Source: Candidatus Krumholzibacteriota bacterium (GTDB lineage: Bacteria > Krumholzibacteriota > Krumholzibacteriia > JAJRXK01). From it: 64,000 bases of DNA. The position numbers and the translations under genes are program-made. Positions 57,994 to 64,000 of this stretch are shown piece after piece. Positions within the stretch are counted from its first letter, which is position 1. Each line of letters starts with the position of its first letter. Where the stretch lies: positions 32,001 to 96,000 of the forward strand of contig CAWDWO010000013.1 in assembly GCA_963806035.1 (NCBI GenBank). Reading direction: 5' to 3'. The notes under the pieces were generated by a model. That model saw nothing but the letters and a program-made list of their open reading frames with translations. It had not been told where the DNA came from and did no database searches.

Positions 57994-58836
57994 ATGACTC
58001 CGCACGAATCCCAAGCAGCGCTTCTGAGGAAATACGGTCTGCGCCTGAACAAGCGTCTGGGCCAGCATTTCCTCGTCGATCAACGGGTTCTGGCACGGAT
58101 CGTGGATTCCATCCGCGATTTGGGCGTGCGCCGCGTGGTCGAATTGGGCGCCGGAGCGGGAGCTCTCAGCGCCGCACTTCTGCGCGCGGGCCTTCAAGTG
58201 GAAGCGCTCGAGCTGGACGAGAGGATGCTCGAGCTTCTGAAAAACGAATACGCGTCCGAGGGACTGAAAGTGCGCCGGGCGGACATCGCGCGGGAGGATC
58301 TGGCCGAAACGGTGGGTTCTGAGCCCATGTGTTTCGCGGGAAACCTCCCCTACCAGGTGACGAGCCCTGTGCTCTTTTCCCTGGGTGAAGCGCTCATGCG
58401 GCCCGCGTGCACGGGGGCGATCCTCATGATGCAGGCCGAAGTGGCAGCACGACTGTGCGCGAAGCCGGGAACGAAAGAATACGGGGTGCTCACGGTGCTC
58501 CTCCAAGCGCGTTGTAGGGTGCGTAGAATCGCGCGCGTGCGTCCCGGCTCGTTTCTCCCCCCGCCCAAAGTGCATTCGGCGGTGGTGGAGCTTCAGCCGC
58601 GCGAGGAGGTCGTGAAGTTCGACGAGCGGGGCACGAAGCTGGTCAAGGAGCTGTTTCGCGAAAGGCGCAAACAGATCGGCGGCCTTTTGAGGCGCCGCGA
58701 AGGCTTAGACGAGGATGGATTGACGCAGCTGCGGGACTCGACGGGAATCGACCCCCGGCTTCGTCCGGAAGACTTGAGTATTTCGGATTTCAGGGCACTG
58801 GACCTCTACCTGGAAGAGTTGCGGAACGAATCATGA
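57994..58836 (+). CDS. rsmA: 16S rRNA m6(2)A1518/1519 dimethyltransferase
   Basis: KRLGQHFL, VELGAGAG, GNLPYQVT, MMQAEVAARL, FLPPPKVHS. Confidence 0.96.
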   Translation: MTPHESQAALLRKYGLRLNKRLGQHFLVDQRVLARIVDSIRDLGVRRVVELGAGAGALSAALLRAGLQVEALELDERMLELLKNEYASEGLKVRRADIAREDLAETVGSEPMCFAGNLPYQVTSPVLFSLGEALMRPACTGAILMMQAEVAARLCAKPGTKEYGVLTVLLQARCRVRRIARVRPGSFLPPPKVHSAVVELQPREEVVKFDERGTKLVKELFRERRKQIGGLLRRREGLDEDGLTQLRDSTGIDPRLRPEDLSISDFRALDLYLEELRNES

Positions 58837-61004
58837 CCAGAAGCCGCAGGGGGTGGAGGACCAGTTCTCGGGGAGTCGCGCTAGCGACTCTGGTCACGCT
58901 GTATCTGTGCGCGATCAGCGGCACTGCGACGGCTCAGAGCGATGCGCAGGCAGACAGCTCAGGCACGGGAGTGCAGGATTTGGGATCGATCGTCAATCAG
59001 AGCATCGCAGCGCAGACGGACTCCAGCTCCCAGGCGAACTCCGCCGCCAAGAGCGATTCCACCGGAATTGTGGGACTCCGCAAACAGCTGGAAGAGTTGG
59101 GTGGAATGGCCTGGCTTGGTTTCGTGGGACCGGAAGTGAGGAACCGGCCCACGCTCAAGGGCGGCTACGATTCCGGACAATCCAACTACGGACCCTATTT
59201 CGACATCAACGTTCCCCTGCTGGTGGCGGGCGGTTTCTCCACCACGAGCAGCTACCATCGCGAGAGCCTCGAGGAACCCGCCACCCAGCAGAACAAAGTG
59301 GGCCGCGAGATCCACAGCAGCTGGAAGCGTCCCATGAGCGATTGGGGAAGCTTCAACCTCGACTTCCGGCGCCGCAGCAACGAAACGAACCGCGTCGGTT
59401 TCGCCAAGAGTACCTCGGAGAACACCAATCTCTCCTCCAGTCTGACGGGCACCGCGGACCTCGGCGACACCGGTATCGACGGCAAGTGGGCGGTCAAGGG
59501 AAACATCAAGGACGACAAGGTCACTTCGGGTTCTCGCGCGGGCGCCACGAACCAGACCCTCAATACCGGCACTTTCTCGCTGGGAACCGGCCGCAAAGTG
59601 GGCGACATGAACGTGGCGCTGAATGCCGGCCTGGACGTCTCGGCCGGACCGCAGACTCTTTCCGCGGCGACCGACGGAAGCAACGCCCAGCAGGATACCA
59701 AAACCAGCGTGAGCGACACCTTGGGGGTGAATCTCCGCTGGCAGCAGGGGAAGAACCGCAGCTTCAGTGCCCAAATCAGTCGACAGGTCTTCAACGAAGA
59801 CCGTTTGGATTATCTGAAGGACTTTCGCGGAGTCTCGATCTTCGATCCCGACACCCGGCTCAAGATCGTGGGCAGCGAGAGCGAGAGCAGGAACATCACC
59901 AGCGTCAACCTCACGGCCACGACACCCATCTACCGCTCGCTGAGAACCAATTTGGGCTACAACCTGCAGCGTAAGGAAACCCACTACACTCTGAGCGAGC
60001 AGGGCTTCATTCCCGAACACATGCAAAACTTCAACGGCGATGTCACCTTCCGCTACGCGCAGGCGGGAAGCCTGAAGGTGAGCCTCGGTCTCAGCCAGCT
60101 CTGGGACGACCGGCGCTCCAGGGGGTCCAAGGAGCTGCGCGGCAAGCACTTCAGCAACTCGAACAGCGTGAGCTTCACCATCGATCAGCACCTCCTGGGA
60201 GCCACCGATCTCAAGGTCCTGTACGCCGAGGACCTGACCCAACAGGTCTACGACTACAAACTGGAGACGGGAACCCTGGATATCGACGTGCTCTCCAAGC
60301 GCGTGGACGCCAGACTGAGTTCGGATGCGTTCAGCAAGATCAAGGTGACGCTCACCGGAACCTACAAGACCGCGGCCAACGTCTTTCTGGATGCGAAGCA
60401 AGTGGCCAACAACAACCGCGACCAGAACACCTGGAAAGTGAGTGGCGATTACGCCTGGCAGCTCACGCAGGCCGTGAGTTTCTCGCAGAGTTACCAGCTC
60501 GGGATCGATTACACCGACTACTACTATTCGTACGTGCCCGAAGTAAACCAACGGGACAAGTTCTACAAGCGCACGCAGCTCAAGACGGATCTCAATTTGA
60601 AGTTGCCGGGCGCGGCCAGCTTCGGCCTCAGCCACAGCGTGGACCGGACGCGCGGCGGCAACAAGCTGCTGCAGGATGACGTGGAGGCGAGCGGCTACAC
60701 CGACGACCTGGCGCGCCGTCAGGACGAACAGAGGTTGAACGCATCGGTCTCATTTCCGCTCGTGCTGGGATACAAGGTCTCGGTGGAGACCAACCGCACC
60801 TGGCGCACTCTGCAGGGTGCCAACGATGAATTTCAGGGGAACATCCGCGCCGGCGTGAAGGGACTTCAGACCTTCCTGAACGATCGCATGACCCTCTCCC
60901 TGGACCTGGGCTACGTGTGGGCCTACGGGCCGCCGCGCGTCATCCGCATCGAACGGGACCGGCGTTTCTTCACCTCCTCCACTTACTTGTCCTGGGCTTT
61001 CTGA
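58833..61004 (+). CDS. Large outer-membrane beta-barrel of unknown family (723 aa)
   Basis: Signal peptide ATA-Q; alternating Ser/Thr/aromatic strands over ~600 aa; BAM-type C-terminus YLSWAF; ATGA overlap with rsmA. Confidence 0.8.
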   Translation: MTRSRRGWRTSSRGVALATLVTLYLCAISGTATAQSDAQADSSGTGVQDLGSIVNQSIAAQTDSSSQANSAAKSDSTGIVGLRKQLEELGGMAWLGFVGPEVRNRPTLKGGYDSGQSNYGPYFDINVPLLVAGGFSTTSSYHRESLEEPATQQNKVGREIHSSWKRPMSDWGSFNLDFRRRSNETNRVGFAKSTSENTNLSSSLTGTADLGDTGIDGKWAVKGNIKDDKVTSGSRAGATNQTLNTGTFSLGTGRKVGDMNVALNAGLDVSAGPQTLSAATDGSNAQQDTKTSVSDTLGVNLRWQQGKNRSFSAQISRQVFNEDRLDYLKDFRGVSIFDPDTRLKIVGSESESRNITSVNLTATTPIYRSLRTNLGYNLQRKETHYTLSEQGFIPEHMQNFNGDVTFRYAQAGSLKVSLGLSQLWDDRRSRGSKELRGKHFSNSNSVSFTIDQHLLGATDLKVLYAEDLTQQVYDYKLETGTLDIDVLSKRVDARLSSDAFSKIKVTLTGTYKTAANVFLDAKQVANNNRDQNTWKVSGDYAWQLTQAVSFSQSYQLGIDYTDYYYSYVPEVNQRDKFYKRTQLKTDLNLKLPGAASFGLSHSVDRTRGGNKLLQDDVEASGYTDDLARRQDEQRLNASVSFPLVLGYKVSVETNRTWRTLQGANDEFQGNIRAGVKGLQTFLNDRMTLSLDLGYVWAYGPPRVIRIERDRRFFTSSTYLSWAF

Positions 61005-61014
61005 AAGGGCTTCG

Positions 61015-61587
61015 ATGTCGCGTCTGCTCCTCATCACCGTGCTCGCCGCATTGCTCTTGGGCGGATGCTTCTTCAAGACGCGTACGCCCGAGCAGCCCGA
61101 TTTCGGCGGCGGCTGCCAGGTCGACTTCCGCTTCAACGACCGTTGGGAAAACGTGATCTTCAATCTGGAGGGGGCGTTGAAGTGCGGGGATCCGACGGAG
61201 TATCTTGATGTCATCGGCAAGGACTTCGTCTACGAACCCACGGCGAACCTGATGGCCCAGTACCCCGCAGTGTTCAGCACGGTGTGGACCAAGGATCGGG
61301 AGAGCGCGTTCATTCAGAACGCTTTCGCGGGCTCGCTCTTCCAGGCCTCGCTGGCCGACAGCATTCTCTCCGGGCCCACCGACAGCGGCGACGTCACACG
61401 GCTCACCGCGCGCTACGTGGTCAACGAAGTGGACGCATCGGGAACGCCCACTGGCCGCAGCTGGGAGGGCATCGCCGACTATGAATTTCTGCGCGGGAGT
61501 CTGGTCACCATGGTCCTCTGGAGGGACAATGACAGCTCAGGATTGCCTTTCGGGGAGCTGCGGGCCGAATTGGCGGGAGGTAACTGA
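61015..61587 (+). CDS. NTF2/SnoaL-like lipoprotein 1, ending ..PFGELRAEL
   Basis: Lipobox LLGGC; N..A....Y.....DF.Y..W.K..E pattern; ..WRD. Confidence 0.75.
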   Translation: MSRLLLITVLAALLLGGCFFKTRTPEQPDFGGGCQVDFRFNDRWENVIFNLEGALKCGDPTEYLDVIGKDFVYEPTANLMAQYPAVFSTVWTKDRESAFIQNAFAGSLFQASLADSILSGPTDSGDVTRLTARYVVNEVDASGTPTGRSWEGIADYEFLRGSLVTMVLWRDNDSSGLPFGELRAELAGGN

Positions 61588-61694
61588 AACTCAATTGCTA
61601 AACCCAATTTTCCTCGACACTCGGGACGATGGCATCGTCCGCGCCGATTTGCTACAATTCTGTCCACAAGGACGCATCATTGGAGGTTTTGCCC

Positions 61695-62330
61695 ATGTTT
61701 GCCCCAACTCGACTCAAGCGCCGGCTGACTCCCGTCTTGCTGCTGTTTCTCATCGCAGTACTCGCGGCGGGCTGCGGTGTCTTTTCCCCCGACGAGAGTA
61801 AGAATAACGGCGGCGGTGGCACCGATCGCGGGGTGTTCAAACCCGCCACCTCCCCCGACCAGTGTATGGCCAACTTCAAGAACGCCTGGGAGCAGCGCAC
61901 GCTCGTGGAGTACGAGAAGCTTCTGGACGATCAATTTCAGTTCTTCTTCGATCCCAACGACGGTCTGGAGCAGTTCGTGGGTCCCAGCTGGGGACGCACC
62001 GAGGAACTGGATTCGGCGAAGTCGATCTTCGAGGGCGATGCCGGCTACGACCTCATCAAGCAGGAGGACATCCCGCCCGTCCTGAGCATCGAGTTCACCA
62101 CCTTCTCCAAGGTCTTCGACTGGCAGGATCCGGGGACCGACCAGCTCTACGAGGGGACGGTCAAGGCGCGCTACAAGGTGGGGATCAAGGTCAGTTTCCA
62201 GGGGGTCGAGCAGACCACGCTGGTCACCGGAGACAACGATTTCTACGTGAAGGGCTACCCGCAGAGCGACGGGACCACCCTCTACAAGATCAAGGTCTGG
62301 GAGGACCAGGGACAGAACCTGGGCGGCTGA
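61695..62330 (+). CDS. NTF2/SnoaL-like lipoprotein 2
   Basis: GGAGG RBS; lipobox LAAGC; NFKNAW....YEKLLDDQFQF..WGRTEE..IF; ..WED. Confidence 0.8.
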   Translation: MFAPTRLKRRLTPVLLLFLIAVLAAGCGVFSPDESKNNGGGGTDRGVFKPATSPDQCMANFKNAWEQRTLVEYEKLLDDQFQFFFDPNDGLEQFVGPSWGRTEELDSAKSIFEGDAGYDLIKQEDIPPVLSIEFTTFSKVFDWQDPGTDQLYEGTVKARYKVGIKVSFQGVEQTTLVTGDNDFYVKGYPQSDGTTLYKIKVWEDQGQNLGG

Positions 62331-62366
62331 GCCGCTCGTCTTCCTGTCTTTCTCCCTCACGACCAC

Positions 62367-62400
62367 GATGCCCCCGCCTTTGGCGGGGGCATCTTCGTTC
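62367..62400 (+). terminator. Intrinsic terminator-like hairpin
   Basis: GATGCCCCCGCC-TTT-GGCGGGGGCATC followed by TTCGTTC. Confidence 0.7.
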
Positions 62401-62500
62401 GTGGACGCTGGGGCGTACCCTGTGCTAAGACAACGCGAACCCGCGTGCCCGGCTTTCCGGCCGGGCGCGCCCATGGAATCACAGCGGAGAGCCACCCTCG

Positions 62501-63679
62501 ATGTTCGCAAGCTCCAAGAGACGCCGGCGCGGCCGGTCCAAGAAATCACAGCGCAGCGCCCGTCCCGTTCTCGTCCTGCTCGTCATGATCCTGGTGGCCG
62601 GCAGCGCCACCGTGGCCTGGCTCAGAAGTGAGCGGGGCGAAATCTGGTTGGCCGAGCGCGGGGTGGCGAGCGCCCAGGAGCACTGCGCGCAGCTCTGGCA
62701 GAGCAGTTTGCTCGACGGCCTGATGGACGCGGGCATCCCCCCCGACAGCGTGGTGGTCCATCCGGGTTATCCGGTCGAGGTGGAGGTCGGCGCCAGCTGC
62801 GATCTCTTCGCGCTCAATCTGGCCGTGACCCGGCGCCTCGAGGCGGCCGGCGGCCAGGTCGCCAAAGGGGAGCGTTTCGAGGATCAGGGCTCCTCGGTCT
62901 TGGAGCTCTGGTTGGGGGGGAAGGGCTACGTGAGCCACCGCTTGCTGGCCCGGCGCGGCCCCCAGGCATCGGCTCTGCAGCCGCCTCCTCCGCCCAAGGG
63001 TCTTCTGGCCATCGTGGTGGATGACTTCGGGCACAACCTGAACGCGACGGTGCGTCAGCTGCTCTCTCTGTCGGTCCCCATCACCGTGGCCATTCTGCCC
63101 GAGCGCCCGGCCAGTCTGCGGGTGCTCAGCGAGGCGCGCCGCGCCGGGAAAGAGGCGATCCTCCACATGCCGATGGAACCGGTGGCCGGGAGCAGCCCCG
63201 GTCCGGGAAAGCTGGCCCTGATGGTGGACATGAGCCGCGAGGAAGTCCGGCGCCGCCTCGAACGCGCCCTGGACGAGCTCTCCGGGGTGCAGGGCCTCAA
63301 TAACCACATGGGCAGCGAATTCACCCAGCACCCCGGCGGGATGGAGGTGGTGGCCCAGGTGCTGGCCGAGCGTGGACTGTATTTCCTGGATAGTCTCACC
63401 AGCCCCCATTCGGTGGCTTACGAGACGGTCCGGCGCTCCCACGTGCCCGCCCTGCGCAACGACCTCTTTCTGGATCTGGACGTGCAGGACCCGGCTCTCA
63501 TCGAGCAGAGGCTCCAGCGGCTCATCGAGCGGGCGCGCCGCAAGGGCACGGCCATCGGAATCGGCCATCCCGAGCCGGCCACGGCCCGCGTGCTGCAGGA
63601 AATTCTGCCCCAGTTGGACCCGCGAGACGTCAAACCAGTCTTTCTGAGCGAGATCCTGCGCAGTTTTCCGCAGTCCTGA
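62501..63679 (+). CDS. Divergent polysaccharide deacetylase family protein (YibQ-like)
   Basis: LAIVVDDFG, LHMPMEP, NNHMGS, FLDSLT, NDLFLD, IGIGHP; N-terminal TM. Confidence 0.93.
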   Translation: MFASSKRRRRGRSKKSQRSARPVLVLLVMILVAGSATVAWLRSERGEIWLAERGVASAQEHCAQLWQSSLLDGLMDAGIPPDSVVVHPGYPVEVEVGASCDLFALNLAVTRRLEAAGGQVAKGERFEDQGSSVLELWLGGKGYVSHRLLARRGPQASALQPPPPPKGLLAIVVDDFGHNLNATVRQLLSLSVPITVAILPERPASLRVLSEARRAGKEAILHMPMEPVAGSSPGPGKLALMVDMSREEVRRRLERALDELSGVQGLNNHMGSEFTQHPGGMEVVAQVLAERGLYFLDSLTSPHSVAYETVRRSHVPALRNDLFLDLDVQDPALIEQRLQRLIERARRKGTAIGIGHPEPATARVLQEILPQLDPRDVKPVFLSEILRSFPQS

Positions 63680-63694
63680 ATCGCCGTGCCCTCG

Positions 63695-63722
63695 TTGACA
63701 GGCTGAGAGGCCCGGCTATACT
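63695..63722 (+). promoter_or_regulatory. sigma70 promoter TTGACA-N16-TATACT
   Basis: Near-consensus hexamers upstream of the final gene. Confidence 0.6.
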
Positions 63723-63876
63723 TGTTGGGTTTCGGTCGCAGACGGAACTCCTTGCTGGAGGCTCGCCTCCGCCCGAATCCCGCCGAGGCCGGGATGCGCC
63801 CGGCTGAACCTCACGGCACCAACCAAACCCCCGGAGCGCGGGCTTCTCGCTTCTGCGCCAGTTGGGTGAAAATGGA

Positions 63877-64000
63877 ATGAAACGATCATTACAGATCAAA
63901 GCCGCGCTCATCGTGGTGCTGGCGATCTGGGCTGGAATCAATCTCTGGCCCACGCTGCAACTCAGCCGCATGAGCGCCGCAAAAGAGAAGGCCCTGGCCT
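63877..64000 (+). CDS. 5' end of a membrane protein, probably SecD
   Basis: MKRSLQIKAALIVVLAIWAGINLWPTL: basic N-terminus, TM helix and WPT, as at SecD N-termini; only 41 codons visible. Confidence 0.5.
   Translation, partial: MKRSLQIKAALIVVLAIWAGINLWPTLQLSRMSAAKEKALA

Noticed and set aside
57791..57997. 68-aa ORF upstream of rsmA, and T-box or cobalamin riboswitch interpretations of the same spacer
   Set aside because: The GTG lies upstream of the predicted TSS and has no RBS; the T-box GGTGGNACC and B12-box consensus sequences are incomplete

Overview
GC-rich bacterial chromosomal window (roughly 60-65% GC by eye; the first ~1 kb is visibly less GC-rich). I found no rRNA, tRNA, CRISPR array, transposase, integrase or phage genes. 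The gene content points to a diderm organism, probably an FCB-superphylum candidate lineage such as Krumholzibacteria, Eisenbacteria or Latescibacteria (inference only). The left ~30 kb is rich in envelope genes: beta-propeller lipoproteins (two carry single-base frameshifts), a membrane-anchored HTH regulator, a secreted trypsin-like protease with a stand-alone pro-domain homologue, OmpA, several outer-membrane barrels and an ECF sigma/anti-sigma/DUF4252 operon. It also holds housekeeping genes (folA, thyA, ferredoxin, pepF, egtD). The right half has a MoxR-DUF58-BatA operon and a conserved run iscS-mfd-PPIase-surA-ftsEX-envC-holB-tatD-rsmA, then a large beta-barrel with two lipoproteins, a divergent polysaccharide deacetylase and the start of a probable secD. 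Best leads: (i) a shared C-terminal [WF]-G-x-[IL]-[KR]-x-x-[YFL] tail on three exported proteins, a candidate protein-sorting signal possibly tied to the 723-aa barrel operon; (ii) two heavily structured intergenic segments (25485-25745 and 57795-57991) that look like unannotated ncRNAs; (iii) a small secreted protein abutting a TPR-like gene at the left edge, a possible peptide signal/receptor pair; (iv) the protease plus free pro-domain pair. All family assignments come from motif recognition by eye, not database searches.
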